A DNA stretch of 64,000 bases from an uncultured Aliarcobacter sp. (GCA_963677435.1 OY781945.1:544001-608000); one strand, 5' to 3'; shown: positions 20,557 through 32,245, counted from the stretch's first letter. Notes: a model not told the origin generated them from the letters alone. Program-made: numbers and translations.

Positions 20557-22535
20557 TTAATTATTGTGACGCATTAGTAATTGGTGGAGGACTTGCAGGT
20601 TTAAGAGCTGCAGTTGCTGCACAGAAAAAAGGTTTAAGTACAACTGTTTTATCTTTAGTTCCTGTAAAAAGATCACATAGTGCTGCTGCACAAGGTGGTA
20701 TGCAAGCATCTTTGGGTAATGCAAAAATGTCAGATGGGGATAATGAAGATTTACACTTCTCAGATACTGTAAAAGGTTCAGATTGGGGATGTGATCAAGT
20801 TGTTGCCCGAATGTTCGTACATACTGCACCAAAAGCAATTAGAGAATTAGCTGGTTGGGGTGTGCCTTGGTCAAGAGTAAGAAAAGGTGCCCATGAAGCT
20901 GTAATTAATGCTAAAAAAACAACAATTACAGAAGAAGCAGATAGAGATGGCTTAATTACATCAAGAGATTTTGGTGGAACTAAAAAATGGAGAACTTGTT
21001 ATACAGCAGATGCAACTGGACATACTATGTTATTTGGTGTTGCAAATGAAGCTTTAAGACATAATGTTGATATAAGAGATAGAAAAGAAGCTATTAATCT
21101 TATCCATGAAAACAACAGATGTTACGGAGCAGTTGTTAGAGATTTAATTACAGGTGAATTAGAAGCTTATGTTGCAAAAGGTACATGTATCGCAACTGGT
21201 GGATATGGAAGAGTATTTAAACAAACTACAAATGCTGTTATTTGTGATGGAGTTGGAGCTGCAATTGCTTTAGAAACAGGTGTAGCAATACTTGGAAATA
21301 TGGAAGCTGTTCAATTTCACCCAACACCAATCGTACCATCAGGTATTTTATTAACTGAAGGTTGTAGAGGAGATGGTGGAATCTTAAGAGATGTTGATGG
21401 TCACAGATTTATGCCAGATTATGAGCCAGAGAAAAAAGAATTAGCTTCAAGAGATGTTGTTTCAAGAAGAATGATTGAACATATTAGAAATGGGAAAGGT
21501 GTTCCATCTCCATATGGTCAGCACCTTTGGCTTGATATTTCAATTCTTGGTCGTGAGCATATTGAGAAAAATCTAAGAGATGTACAAGAAATTTGTCAAA
21601 TTTTCAACGGTATTGATCCAGCTGATGAGGGTAAAAAAGGATGGGCACCAGTTCTTCCGATGCAACACTACTCAATGGGTGGAATTAGAACAAAACCAAC
21701 TGGTGAATCACAAACTTTAAATGGTTTATTTGCTTGTGGTGAAGCTTCTTGTTGGGATATGCATGGATTTAATAGACTTGGAGGAAACAGTGTTTCTGAA
21801 ACAGTTGTTGCAGGTATGATTGTTGGGAATTATTTTGCTGATTATTGTTTGGCTAATGAAATTAATATCTCAACTGCAACAGTAAGAAAATTTCTAGAAG
21901 CACAAGATAAATATTTAGATGATATTTTAGCCTATGAGGGTAATGAAGATATTTTCAAAATCAAAAACAGAATGCAGAACTTAATGGATGAAAAAGTTGG
22001 TATTTTTAGAAATGGAAAATATTTAGCTGAAGCAGTTGAAGAATTAAAACAATTACTTAACAAAACAAAACATATCAATGTTAAATCAAAAGAAAGAGCT
22101 GGGAATCCAGAACTTGAAGAAGCATATAGAGTTCCAAAAATGCTTAAAATTGCCCTTTGCGTGGCAAAAGGTGCAAGGGACAGAACAGAATCAAGAGGTG
22201 CTCACTATAGAGAAGACTTCTTAAAAAGAGATGATGCAAATTGGTTAAATAGAACTATTAGTTCTTGGGCAAATCCAGATGATTTAGAGCCAACTATATA
22301 TTATGAAAAAATTGACATTATGAGCATGGAATTACCTCCAGCATTTAGAGGATATGGTGCAAAAGGGATGATTATAGAAAATGAATTATCTGAAATTAGA
22401 CAAGCACAAGTTGATGAGGTAACTGAAAAAATGAAAGCTGAAGGTAAAGATAGACATGAAATTCAACATGCATTAATGCCATTTGATTTACCAATGAACT
22501 ATAGAGAGAAAAACGAAAGAGCAGGAGATTTATAA
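20550..22535 (+). CDS. frdA: Fumarate reductase flavoprotein subunit
   Basis: [20 protein letters not shown] (covalent FAD His), [27 protein letters not shown]. Confidence 0.97.
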   Translation: MLINYCDALVIGGGLAGLRAAVAAQKKGLSTTVLSLVPVKRSHSAAAQGGMQASLGNAKMSDGDNEDLHFSDTVKGSDWGCDQVVARMFVHTAPKAIRELAGWGVPWSRVRKGAHEAVINAKKTTITEEADRDGLITSRDFGGTKKWRTCYTADATGHTMLFGVANEALRHNVDIRDRKEAINLIHENNRCYGAVVRDLITGELEAYVAKGTCIATGGYGRVFKQTTNAVICDGVGAAIALETGVAILGNMEAVQFHPTPIVPSGILLTEGCRGDGGILRDVDGHRFMPDYEPEKKELASRDVVSRRMIEHIRNGKGVPSPYGQHLWLDISILGREHIEKNLRDVQEICQIFNGIDPADEGKKGWAPVLPMQHYSMGGIRTKPTGESQTLNGLFACGEASCWDMHGFNRLGGNSVSETVVAGMIVGNYFADYCLANEINISTATVRKFLEAQDKYLDDILAYEGNEDIFKIKNRMQNLMDEKVGIFRNGKYLAEAVEELKQLLNKTKHINVKSKERAGNPELEEAYRVPKMLKIALCVAKGARDRTESRGAHYREDFLKRDDANWLNRTISSWANPDDLEPTIYYEKIDIMSMELPPAFRGYGAKGMIIENELSEIRQAQVDEVTEKMKAEGKDRHEIQHALMPFDLPMNYREKNERAGDL

Positions 22536-23266
22536 TGAGTATCGAAAAAGGTAGAGATATTACAATATCAGTTTTAAAATTCAATCCAAGAAGTAAGGTT
22601 TCTAAACCTCACTTTGTTGATTATCATTTAGAAGAGACTCCAGGGATGACATTATTTATTGCACTTACAAAGATTAGAGAAGAAAAAGATGCAGATTTAT
22701 CTTTTGACTTTGTTTGTCGTGCTGGAATTTGTGGAAGTTGTGGAATGGTTGTAAATGGTAAACCAACTCTTGCTTGTAGAACATTAATTGCTAATTACCC
22801 AAGTGGAAAATTACAATTAATGCCAATGCCAGCATTTGAATTAATCAAAGATTTATCTGTAAATACTGGTAAATGGATGGATAGTATGTCTAAAAGAGTT
22901 GAATCATGGATTCATAATGACCATGAAGTTGACATTTCTAAATTAGAAGATAAAATCAATCCCGATTTAGCTGATGAAACATTTGAATTAGATAGATGTA
23001 TTGAATGTGGTATTTGTGTTGCTTCTTGTGGAACAGCATTAATGAGACCAGATTTCGTGGGACCAGTTGGACTTAATAGAGTAGCAAGATTTGAAGTAGA
23101 TCCACATGATAAAAGAACTGCTGAGGATTTTTATGAATTAATTGGTGATGATAATGGAATATTTGGTTGTATGTCTTTAATGGCGTGTGAAGACCATTGT
23201 CCAAAACATTTACCATTACAAAATAAAATTGCTTACCTAAGAAGAAAACTAGTTGCGCTAAGATAG
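22535..23266 (+). CDS. frdB: Fumarate reductase iron-sulfur subunit
   Basis: [32 protein letters not shown]. Confidence 0.96.
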   Translation: MSIEKGRDITISVLKFNPRSKVSKPHFVDYHLEETPGMTLFIALTKIREEKDADLSFDFVCRAGICGSCGMVVNGKPTLACRTLIANYPSGKLQLMPMPAFELIKDLSVNTGKWMDSMSKRVESWIHNDHEVDISKLEDKINPDLADETFELDRCIECGICVASCGTALMRPDFVGPVGLNRVARFEVDPHDKRTAEDFYELIGDDNGIFGCMSLMACEDHCPKHLPLQNKIAYLRRKLVALR

Positions 23267-23299
23267 AAGAGTCAAATATTTTTATATAAGGAATAAAAA

Positions 23300-24790
23300 A
23301 TGAAAGTAATTAAAGAACAAGATATTGTAGATAGTATTGCTGATGCCTGTCAGTATATTTCATATTTTCATCCAGAAGATTTTGTAAAAGGTATGGTTGA
23401 AGCTTATGAAAAAGAAAAAGGTGAAGCTGCTAAAAATGCAATAGGTCAAATATTAATTAATTCAAAAATGTGCGCAATGGGTCATAGACCTTTATGTCAA
23501 GATACAGGAAGTGTTAATATTTTTGTAAAAGTTGGATTAAATGCTCCTTTAGATATTGAAAAAGAGTTAGTAGATTTATTAAATGAAGGTGTTGCAAAAG
23601 GATATACAGATCCTGATAACACTTTAAGATATTCAGTAGTTTCTGATCCTGCTGGAAAAAGAATAAATACAAAAAATAATACACCAGCTGTTATTCATGT
23701 AACTGTAGATAATTCAGATGAAATAGATATCACAGTTGCAGCAAAAGGTGGAGGAAGTGAAAACAAATCTAAATTTGCTGTATTAAATCCAAGTGATTCA
23801 GTTTATGATTGGGTTATGGAAAATGTGAGACACATGGGAGCTGGATGGTGTCCTCCTGGAATTTTAGGTATTGGAATTGGTGGAAATCCAGAAAAATCTA
23901 TGCTATTAGCAAAAGAGTCTTTGATGAGTCATGTTGATATTCATGAACTTCAAGAAAGAGGGGCACAAAATGCTTTAGAAGAGTTAAGATTAAAACTTTA
24001 TGAAGATATTAATAAAATAGGTATTGGAGCACAAGGACTAGGAGGATTAACTACAGTTTTAGATGTTAAAATTTTAGATTATCCTTGCCATGCTGCTTCA
24101 CTTCCAGTTGCTATGATTCCTAACTGTGCAGCAACTAGACATATTCACTTTAAATTAACAGGTGATGGACCAGCTTTATTTAAAAAACCAGACTTAGACC
24201 TTTGGCCAGATATTGAACTTCCAATGGATACTATTAAAAGAGTAAATATTGATGACTTAACAAAAGAGAATTTATCTCAATTTAAATCAGGTGATACTCT
24301 ATTATTATCAGGGAAAATTTTAACTGCTAGAGATGCTGCTCATAAAAAAATTGTTGAGTACAAAAATGCAAATAAACCTCTTCCTAATGGAGTTGAATTA
24401 AAAGATAGATTTATTTATTATGTGGGACCTGTTGATCCTGTTCGTGATGAAGCAGTAGGACCAGCAGGTCCAACAACATCTACTAGAATGGATAAATTCA
24501 CAAAAGACATGATGGAAATTGGAATCATGGGAATGATTGGAAAAGCTGAAAGAAAACAACCAACTATTGATTTAATAAAAGAGTATAAATCTATTTATTT
24601 AATTGCAACAGGAGGTGCAGCTTACTTAATTTCTCAATCAATCAAATCTGCAAAAGTTCTAGCTTTTGAAGAACTTGGTATGGAAGCTATATATGAATTT
24701 GAAGTAAAAGATATGCCAGTTACTGTTGCTGTTGACACAGAAGGTGTCTCTATTCATACTACTGGTCCTGCTAAATGGAGAACTATTTAA
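23300..24790 (+). CDS. Class I (Fe-S) fumarate hydratase, fused alpha/beta type
   Basis: RPLCQDTG, KGGGSENKS, GAGWCPPG, NCAATRH, ARDAAH, GPTTSTRMD. Confidence 0.92.
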   Translation: MKVIKEQDIVDSIADACQYISYFHPEDFVKGMVEAYEKEKGEAAKNAIGQILINSKMCAMGHRPLCQDTGSVNIFVKVGLNAPLDIEKELVDLLNEGVAKGYTDPDNTLRYSVVSDPAGKRINTKNNTPAVIHVTVDNSDEIDITVAAKGGGSENKSKFAVLNPSDSVYDWVMENVRHMGAGWCPPGILGIGIGGNPEKSMLLAKESLMSHVDIHELQERGAQNALEELRLKLYEDINKIGIGAQGLGGLTTVLDVKILDYPCHAASLPVAMIPNCAATRHIHFKLTGDGPALFKKPDLDLWPDIELPMDTIKRVNIDDLTKENLSQFKSGDTLLLSGKILTARDAAHKKIVEYKNANKPLPNGVELKDRFIYYVGPVDPVRDEAVGPAGPTTSTRMDKFTKDMMEIGIMGMIGKAERKQPTIDLIKEYKSIYLIATGGAAYLISQSIKSAKVLAFEELGMEAIYEFEVKDMPVTVAVDTEGVSIHTTGPAKWRTI

Positions 24791-24799
24791 TCAATTTGT

Positions 24800-24833
24800 A
24801 AAAACACAAAGAATTAGGATTCTTTGTGTTTTT
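24800..24833 (+). terminator. Intrinsic terminator after the fumarase gene
   Basis: AAAAACACAAAGAAT-tagg-ATTCTTTGTGTTTTT. Confidence 0.7.
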
Positions 24834-24903
24834 AAGGAAAAAGTCTCATTTATATCCCATTGGTGGGTTTATAATTTGATATAATAAACAAAAAGGAGAC
24901 ATT

Positions 24904-26310
24904 ATGTCACAATTGGTTAAATATATTATCCCCGTTGCGGTGTTGATAATATTCTGGTTCTTACCAGCACCAGAAGGTTTAAGTGCTGATGCATGGCATT
25001 TTCTTGCTATATTCTTTGCAGTAGTTGTAGGGCTTGTAATTGAGCCAGTTCCAGCTGCATTAATAGGTATGGTGGGGATTTCGCTAACTGCTGTTTTAGG
25101 TTTGATGGGTGCTTCATCAAAAGATAACATTACTTGGGCTTTATCAGGATTTTCTAATACTGTAATTTGGCTTATCTTTGCAGCATTTATGTTTGCATTA
25201 GGATACAAAAAAACTGGTTTAGGAAGAAGAATTTCTCTTATTATGATTAAATATATGGGAAAAAGTTCACTTGGTCTTGGTTATGCGGTTGCTTTCTCAG
25301 ATTTAATTTTAGCACCATTTATGCCATCAAATACTGCAAGAAGTGCGGGAACTATTTTCCCAATTGCGAGTAATATTCCTTTAATTTTTGATTCAACTCC
25401 TGATCATGACCCTAGAAAATTAGGTTCATATATTTCATGGGTAGCTATTGCAATTACTTGTGTTACAAGCTCTATGTTCTTAACAGCACTTGCACCTAAC
25501 TTACTAGCAGTTGATTTAATTGCAAAAGGTACAGGACATGTTGTTTCTTGGTCTGCATGGGCAAGTATTATGTTACCGTTAATGATTCCATTATTTTTAT
25601 TAACTCCTTGGTTAGTATATGTTGTGTATCCACCAACTCAAAAAAAATCTCCTGAAGCTCCAGCTTGGGCAGCAGAAGAGTTAAAAAAATTAGGATCAGT
25701 TACTGCAAAAGAATATTTAATGGCAGGACTTGCAATATTAGCTTTAGTTCTTTGGATATTTGGAAAATCATTTAGCATAGATTCAACTACAGCTGCAATT
25801 ACTATTGTATGTATAATGGTTCTTGCAAACATAATTTCTTGGGATGATGTTATTTCAAATAAAGCTGCATTCAATGTACTTATTTGGTTTGCTTCGTTAG
25901 TTGCAATGGCATCTGGACTTAAAAAAGTAGGTGTATTAACTTGGGTTGGAAATACAGCTGAACCATATTTAATGAATATGACACCAACAGCTTTAATTAT
26001 ATCTATGTTAGTTCTGTTCTTTGTTATACATTATTTCTTTGCAAGTTCAACTGCTCATACAACAGCATTGATGCCAATTTTCTTAGCAATTGCCGTAAAA
26101 CTTTTAACACCAGAACAAGTAATACCATTTAGTATTCTTCTTGCAGGTAGTTTAGGGGTAATGGGAATTATAACTCCTTATGCAACAGGACCTTCTCCAA
26201 TTTGGTATGGTGCAGGATATATTTCACAAGGTAGATGGTGGTTCCTTGGACTAATCTTTGGAGCTATATATTTAGCGGCTATAATTATAGGTTCGTTAAT
26301 CTTTATATAA
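24904..26310 (+). CDS. DASS-family anion permease (CitT/TtdT-like C4-dicarboxylate exchanger)
   Basis: WALSGFS, KTGLGRRI, PSNTARSAG, SSMFLTALAPN, HYFFASSTAH, TPYATGP. Confidence 0.92.
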   Translation: MSQLVKYIIPVAVLIIFWFLPAPEGLSADAWHFLAIFFAVVVGLVIEPVPAALIGMVGISLTAVLGLMGASSKDNITWALSGFSNTVIWLIFAAFMFALGYKKTGLGRRISLIMIKYMGKSSLGLGYAVAFSDLILAPFMPSNTARSAGTIFPIASNIPLIFDSTPDHDPRKLGSYISWVAIAITCVTSSMFLTALAPNLLAVDLIAKGTGHVVSWSAWASIMLPLMIPLFLLTPWLVYVVYPPTQKKSPEAPAWAAEELKKLGSVTAKEYLMAGLAILALVLWIFGKSFSIDSTTAAITIVCIMVLANIISWDDVISNKAAFNVLIWFASLVAMASGLKKVGVLTWVGNTAEPYLMNMTPTALIISMLVLFFVIHYFFASSTAHTTALMPIFLAIAVKLLTPEQVIPFSILLAGSLGVMGIITPYATGPSPIWYGAGYISQGRWWFLGLIFGAIYLAAIIIGSLIFI

Positions 26311-26332
26311 CAAGTGTTTATAAACTTTTAAT

Positions 26333-26374
26333 AAAAGCAAGATAGGATTCTCTCCCCTGTCTTGCTTTTTTTTT
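26333..26374 (+). terminator. Intrinsic terminator after the DASS gene
   Basis: AAAAGCAAGATAGG...CCTGTCTTGCTTTT followed by a T-run. Confidence 0.75.
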
Positions 26375-26431
26375 AATCTCTCAATAAAAAATCTGCTAAA
26401 ATTACATTAAATCAACTTTGAAATGGACTAA

Positions 26432-28609
26432 ATGAAATTAATTATATTTTTTATGCTATTTATATCTTCCATATATGGCTCATCTAATAATGAAATACTT
26501 CTTTTACATTCATATAATAATGGACTAAAATGGAGTGATAATATTACAAAAGGTATTCAAGATGTTTTAGATAAATATCCTGAGTATGAATTAACTATTG
26601 AAAGTATGGATAGTAAAAAAATTGATACAAATGAGTATTTTGATGATCTATTATCTTTATATAGAAAGAAATTTTCTAATAGAAAATATGCTGTAGTTAT
26701 GACAGCAGATAATTATGCTTTTGAGTTTGCATTAGCACATCATGAAGATATTTTTAATAATTCCCCAATAGTATTTTGTGGAGTTGAAAATTTTTATGAT
26801 ATTATTATTCCAACTAATTTGAAAAAATATGTAACAGGTGTTGTTGAATATAAAGAAATTGAAAAGAATATAAATCTTATTAATAAAACAATCAAAAATT
26901 TAAATACTTTATATATTGTAAGTGATGATTCTTTTTCTTCCTTAGCTATAAAAAATCAAATTTTAGATGGTATTCATAAGTTTGAAAAGAAGTTCAAAAT
27001 TATTTTTGATAATCAAATTGATATAGATACAATTAGCGAAAAAATAAATTCACTTCCTGCAAACAGTGCAGTATTATTTACAAGTTTATATACTGATAAA
27101 AATAAAAAATATATACCATATAGTCAATTACGAACATTCTTCAAATCATCAAAATATCCAGTTTTTGTAATAAATAAGATACATCTAAATGAAGGTGTTG
27201 TTGGGGGAATTGTTGTTGACCCTTTCGAGCAAGGTGTTTTAGCAGCACAAAAAACCATAGAAGTTTTAGAGGGGAAAGAGCCTTCTTTAATACCAATTAG
27301 TAAACCAGTTTCAAAGTATTATTTTGACTACAATGTCTTAGAAAAATTTAATTTAGATTATTCAACAATTCCTTTTTTAGCTACTATTATTAATAAACCA
27401 AAAAATTTCTTTGAAAAAAATCGAGAATTTATTGATAGTACATTTATTTTAATACCTTTATTTATACTTTTAATTATTGGACTTATTGTTAATATAACAA
27501 GAAGAATAAGATTAGAAATAAAACTAGTTGAGCAAAATAAGCTAGATAGCGTTTTACTTAATAACATTAAAGGTGCAGTTTATTGGAAAAGTAATGAAAA
27601 TAAAATTTTAGGTTGTAATGACTCTTTATGTAGATTATTAAATTTATCAAGGGAAGATATTATTGGATATGACATAAAAAAAGTCATACCTGAACTTTTT
27701 GATAATGTAGAGAATGAGAGTGAATTTATAGAAGAGATAGAGAAAACTTTAAATTTTAAACATAGAAAAGTTGATGCTTTAATAAGAAGAAGAAAATATT
27801 TTAATAAAAATAACGAAGAAGCAGGCGTAGTTACAATTATTTCAGATTTAACCCAACTGAAAAAATTAGAAAATCAAAGAAAAAAAGATGAACAGTTTAT
27901 AATACAACGGTCAAAACTATCTGAAATTGGAGAGATGATGACTTCAATTGCTCACCAATGGAAAGCACCATTAATTGAAATTTCTACAATCGCACAAGAG
28001 TTATTATATAAAAGAAGTAAAAAAGAGTTCACAAAAGTAGATAGTCAAGAGTTTGTTAATGAAATAATGACACAAGTTCAATATATGACAAAAACAATAG
28101 ATGATTTTAGAAGTTTTATCAAACCCTCTTTAATAAAAAGTGAATTTGATGTAAATTCAGCAATGGATGAACTTTTAAGAGTTGTTGAACATAACATAAA
28201 ATATAACTATATTAAAATTGAAGTAAATTATGAAGATAATAAAAGATTTAATATTTATGGTTATCCAAATGAGTTTAAACAAACAATATTAAGTATTATA
28301 AATAATAGTAGAGATAGTATTTTAAAAAGAAGACAAACAGAAGAGTTTGAGGGATTAATAACTATTGATATTAATTCACAAGATAATAAAACAATATTAA
28401 GTATAAAAGATAATGGTATTGGAATTAAAGAAGAAAATTTAGAAAGGATTTTTGAACCATTTTTTACAAGTAAAAAAAATGGTGATGGATTTGGATTATA
28501 CATGGTGAAATTAATAATCGAAGATAAGATGAATGGCAAAATAGAAGCTATAAGATGTCATACTGGCGCAAATATTTTAATATCTCTTGTAAATAAGGTT
28601 GAAAGTTAA
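26432..28609 (+). CDS. Sensor histidine kinase (periplasmic substrate-binding-like domain, TM, PAS, HisKA, HATPase)
   Basis: LLHSY..G..WSD N-terminal domain; IAHQWKAPL H-box; DNGIGI, FEPFFTSK, GFGLY. Confidence 0.88.
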   Translation: MKLIIFFMLFISSIYGSSNNEILLLHSYNNGLKWSDNITKGIQDVLDKYPEYELTIESMDSKKIDTNEYFDDLLSLYRKKFSNRKYAVVMTADNYAFEFALAHHEDIFNNSPIVFCGVENFYDIIIPTNLKKYVTGVVEYKEIEKNINLINKTIKNLNTLYIVSDDSFSSLAIKNQILDGIHKFEKKFKIIFDNQIDIDTISEKINSLPANSAVLFTSLYTDKNKKYIPYSQLRTFFKSSKYPVFVINKIHLNEGVVGGIVVDPFEQGVLAAQKTIEVLEGKEPSLIPISKPVSKYYFDYNVLEKFNLDYSTIPFLATIINKPKNFFEKNREFIDSTFILIPLFILLIIGLIVNITRRIRLEIKLVEQNKLDSVLLNNIKGAVYWKSNENKILGCNDSLCRLLNLSREDIIGYDIKKVIPELFDNVENESEFIEEIEKTLNFKHRKVDALIRRRKYFNKNNEEAGVVTIISDLTQLKKLENQRKKDEQFIIQRSKLSEIGEMMTSIAHQWKAPLIEISTIAQELLYKRSKKEFTKVDSQEFVNEIMTQVQYMTKTIDDFRSFIKPSLIKSEFDVNSAMDELLRVVEHNIKYNYIKIEVNYEDNKRFNIYGYPNEFKQTILSIINNSRDSILKRRQTEEFEGLITIDINSQDNKTILSIKDNGIGIKEENLERIFEPFFTSKKNGDGFGLYMVKLIIEDKMNGKIEAIRCHTGANILISLVNKVES

Positions 28610-28610
28610 T

Positions 28611-29270
28611 ATGAAAATATTGTTGTTAGAAGATAATAAAAGATTATCAAGTTTAATTATAGAAGCACTTGAAGAGAAGAATTATAAGGTTGATTGGTTT
28701 GACGATGGTAAGAAAGCATTAGAATCTATTTATAATGGATACGATTGTTTTGTACTTGATATAAATGTTCCTGGAATTGATGGTTTAAGTTTACTAGAAC
28801 AATTAAGAGTTATGGATACAAAAACTCCAGCTATTGTAATTAGTGCAAATGTTGAACTTGAAACTATCAAAGAAGCTTATGTAAAAGGTTGCGATGAATA
28901 TTTAAAAAAACCTTTTTACATTTATGAATTAGAGTTGAAGTTAGATAAATTATGTAAAAAAAATGATGAGAGTTTAAAACTTCCAAATAATTATATTTAT
29001 GATATTGATAAGGAAAAATTATTTGATGAAAATGGTGAAGAGGTAAAACTAGCAAAAAAAGAGATTCTACTTTTTAATTTATTCTCAAAAAATTTAGAAA
29101 AAATAATTACTTTTGAACAAATAGAACAATATGTTTGGGCAGGTGATTTAACTACAAATGAAAATATACGAGCATTAATCAAAAGATTAAGAAAAAAACT
29201 TCCAGATGAGACTATAGTTTCTCAAGGTGGAATGGGATATGTATTAAATATAAATAGAAAGTTTAATTAA
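28611..29270 (+). CDS. OmpR-family response regulator
   Basis: MKILLLEDN, LDINVPGIDG, KKPF, winged-helix C-terminus with IKRLRKKL and GMGY. Confidence 0.92.
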   Translation: MKILLLEDNKRLSSLIIEALEEKNYKVDWFDDGKKALESIYNGYDCFVLDINVPGIDGLSLLEQLRVMDTKTPAIVISANVELETIKEAYVKGCDEYLKKPFYIYELELKLDKLCKKNDESLKLPNNYIYDIDKEKLFDENGEEVKLAKKEILLFNLFSKNLEKIITFEQIEQYVWAGDLTTNENIRALIKRLRKKLPDETIVSQGGMGYVLNINRKFN

Positions 29271-29340
29271 TAAAATAGATAAAACTAGGACTTTATATAA
29301 GATTTGTTATACTTCTTAAAAATTACAAAAAAGGGTTCAA

Positions 29341-30405
29341 ATGAACTTTGAAACGATTTTAGGAAGCGTAGATTTTTTAGAGTTTCTAAGAGGTAAAAAA
29401 GCTACATTTTTATTAAGTGCAAGTGTTACAAAAACTTGCGAAATCCCCAATATTTCCCAAGCAGGAATTCCTGGAAAACTATATTTAACACCAACTTTAG
29501 ATGCTGAGTTTTTATGTACTAAACAAGTACGCTCAATGCCAGATATTGCCCAAACTCCAAAGGGTGTTCCTACACCTGCACTAATTACAAGAGCAGTACA
29601 TGAATTAAAATCTTATTCAAATATAGAAGTATTAAATTTAGGTTTAGATGTTCTACCTCAAATTAATTATTTCAAGATTCATAACTTTAATATAAAACCT
29701 AGTGAAAGAATTGATGATGGAGCAAAAATACCTGCCTTAGAAGTTTTTCAAAAAGGTATTGAGTTTGGTCAATCTTATCAAACTTCTGATGATTATGTGA
29801 TTTTAGCTGAATCAATTCCAGCAGGAACAACAACAGCAAATGCAACTGCAAAAGCTTTAAGTTATGAGTGTGAGGGATATTTTTCAAGTTCATATAAAGA
29901 TAATCCAAGTGATATAAAAAATCAAACAATAGAAAAAGCTTTAAAAAGAGTTGATTTAAATGCAGATTTATTTGAGATTCTTTCAAGTGTAAGTGATAAT
30001 ATGATTATTTTTAATGCTGGATTTATACTTGGAAGTAGGGCAAATAATCTAAAAATTGTACTTGCTGGTGGAACTCAAATGGCTGCTGTTTTACTTGTAG
30101 TGAATTCAGTTTTAAGAAGTATGGAGGGTGTAATCGACTCTTCAAATCTTGCACTAACTACTACAAAATGGATAAATAAAGATGAAAATTCAAATATCAA
30201 AGCACTTTTAGAGCAACTTGATTTTCCTATAAATGCCTATGCAAGTGATTTTGATTTTAGTGAATCTTCTCATCCAGCACTTAAACTTTATGACCAAGGT
30301 GAGGCAAAAGAGGGTGTTGGTTGTGGTGGTGCTTTATGTTATGCAACAATCAATGGTATAACAAAAGAAGAATTAACAAAAAAAATCGAAAGTTTTTTAG
30401 GATAA
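29341..30405 (+). CDS. cobT: Nicotinate-nucleotide-dependent phosphoribosyltransferase CobT (archaeal/cyanobacterial-like form)
   Basis: TPTLDAEF, GVPTPALITRA, ESIPAGTTTA, LAGGTQM, KEGVGCGG; located in the cob cluster. Confidence 0.8.
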   Translation: MNFETILGSVDFLEFLRGKKATFLLSASVTKTCEIPNISQAGIPGKLYLTPTLDAEFLCTKQVRSMPDIAQTPKGVPTPALITRAVHELKSYSNIEVLNLGLDVLPQINYFKIHNFNIKPSERIDDGAKIPALEVFQKGIEFGQSYQTSDDYVILAESIPAGTTTANATAKALSYECEGYFSSSYKDNPSDIKNQTIEKALKRVDLNADLFEILSSVSDNMIIFNAGFILGSRANNLKIVLAGGTQMAAVLLVVNSVLRSMEGVIDSSNLALTTTKWINKDENSNIKALLEQLDFPINAYASDFDFSESSHPALKLYDQGEAKEGVGCGGALCYATINGITKEELTKKIESFLG

Positions 30406-30408
30406 TTT

Positions 30409-31008
30409 ATGGATATATTTATTTCAACATTTTTAAAAATGTTTTTTATTATGACACCATTTTTTGTGTTGTCAGTTTTTTTAACAGTTACTCATGATGC
30501 AACATCAAAAGAGAGAAAAGCACTAGCTGTAAAAGTTACAATCTCAGTTATTGTTATGACTTTAGTTTTACTATTTTTTGGAAAACATATTTTTTCAGTA
30601 TTTGGAATAACTCTTGATGCTTTTAGAATAGGCGCTGGTTCATTACTATTTTTATCAGCAGTTGACTTAATCAAAGGAAACAAAGATAGTGGAAAAGTGG
30701 GAGATAAAGATATCTCTCAATTAGCAGTAGTTCCCCTTGCAATTCCAGTTACAATAGGACCTGGAACTATTGGTATTTTGCTTGTAATGGGAGCAACTTT
30801 TGAAGATACTTCTTCAATGATAATGGGAAGTTTAGCTCTTATATGTGCTGTTTTGGTAATTGGACTTATGCTTTATAGTTCAAGTATTATTGAAAAAATT
30901 GTTGGAAAACAAGGACTTTTAGTGATTTCAAAAATCACAGGTCTATTTTTAGCTGCACTTTCTGCTCAAATTGTATTTACTGGTATTAAAAACTTTTTGG
31001 CCTTATAA
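30409..31008 (+). CDS. MarC-family membrane protein
   Basis: FGITLDAFRIGAG, VVPLAIPVTIGPG, KITGLFLAALSAQ. Confidence 0.9.
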   Translation: MDIFISTFLKMFFIMTPFFVLSVFLTVTHDATSKERKALAVKVTISVIVMTLVLLFFGKHIFSVFGITLDAFRIGAGSLLFLSAVDLIKGNKDSGKVGDKDISQLAVVPLAIPVTIGPGTIGILLVMGATFEDTSSMIMGSLALICAVLVIGLMLYSSSIIEKIVGKQGLLVISKITGLFLAALSAQIVFTGIKNFLAL

Positions 31009-31502
31009 TGAAAGTATTTTATTTTGGTGGGCAAAAATCAGGAAAAACAAAAGCTGGAATTAAAAAAGCTTTAGACTTATCAAAAGATGAAAAACCATAT
31101 TATGTGGCAACTTATGATAACTCTTTTGGTGATGATTCTATGCAAGACAGAATCAATAAACATATAACTGAAAGAGAAGAAAATTTTTATACAATCGAAG
31201 AGCCAAAAGATTTGGTTAAAATTGTAGAATCAAATAAAACATATCTAATTGATTGTGTCTCTATGTGGCTTTTTAATAATCTTGAAAATAGTGAAGAAGC
31301 CTTAAAAACTCAGCTACAAAAGATTTGCCAAATGGATACAAACATCATTTTTATTTTAAATGATGTTTCTTGTGGAATAATTCCTTTAGATAAAGAATCG
31401 CGAAGATTTGTGGATTTTTCAGGACTTATTGGCCAAGAGTTAGCCAAACTTTGTGATGAAGTTTACGAGGTAAAATATGGTATTGAAAGAAGATTAAAAT
31501 GA
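31008..31502 (+). CDS. cobU: Adenosylcobinamide kinase / cobinamide-phosphate guanylyltransferase
   Basis: GGQKSGKT P-loop, MQDRINKH...R, LIDCVSMWL, NDVSCGIIP...RRFVDFSG. Confidence 0.88.
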   Translation: MKVFYFGGQKSGKTKAGIKKALDLSKDEKPYYVATYDNSFGDDSMQDRINKHITEREENFYTIEEPKDLVKIVESNKTYLIDCVSMWLFNNLENSEEALKTQLQKICQMDTNIIFILNDVSCGIIPLDKESRRFVDFSGLIGQELAKLCDEVYEVKYGIERRLK

Positions 31503-32245
31503 AACAGATATTAAATGCCTTTTTATTTGCACTTTCGTATTTTTCTATAATTCCTGTTTTTGTAAAAAATATGGAAATAAACAACGAAACTTATAAATAT
31601 ACTTTAGCTTTATTGCCACTTGTTGGCGCAATTTTGGCTTCTTTAGTTATTGGTTTAAATCTTGGTTTAAATGAGTTTTTCAATCCTTTGTATTCAGCAT
31701 TTGTTTGTGCAGTTGTGTATCTAGTACTTTATGGATTTATTCACACAGAAGCAATCATTGATGTGGTTGATGCTTGGTTTGCTTCATATAGCGGAAAAGA
31801 TGCCTATAAGATTATGAAAGAATCAACAATTGGAGCAATTGGTGCTTTATATGGTGTGGCTTTTGTTTTATTAAAAGTGGGAATTTTAACTTATGTTTTG
31901 TATGAAAAACGATATGTTTTATTTTTGATAGTTTGCATTTTTTCAAGATTGAATTTGATTTATCTTCTTGGATATTTTAAATTTAGCAAAGATAGTTTTT
32001 TATCTTTGGCTTTTGCAAACTCTGGAATATTTCAATTAAAAATTTTTGCTTTGATTTATGTGGTAGTAGCATTCTTTATTGGTTCAAATGTTTTAGTTTT
32101 ATTTGTTTTAAGTTTGGCAAGTTTTTATTTTATCTTGAAAATTTTAAACAATAAATTTGGTTTTGTAAATGGAGATTGTTTAGGATTTACCCTTGAACAT
32201 ACAGAATTAATACTTTTAAATATAGGATTAGCGATAATATTATGA
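31499..32245 (+). CDS. cobS: Cobalamin synthase (adenosylcobinamide-GDP ribazoletransferase)
   Basis: GFIHTEAIIDVVDA, IMKESTIGAIG, GFVNGDCLG; polytopic membrane protein. Confidence 0.9.
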   Translation: MKQILNAFLFALSYFSIIPVFVKNMEINNETYKYTLALLPLVGAILASLVIGLNLGLNEFFNPLYSAFVCAVVYLVLYGFIHTEAIIDVVDAWFASYSGKDAYKIMKESTIGAIGALYGVAFVLLKVGILTYVLYEKRYVLFLIVCIFSRLNLIYLLGYFKFSKDSFLSLAFANSGIFQLKIFALIYVVVAFFIGSNVLVLFVLSLASFYFILKILNNKFGFVNGDCLGFTLEHTELILLNIGLAIIL

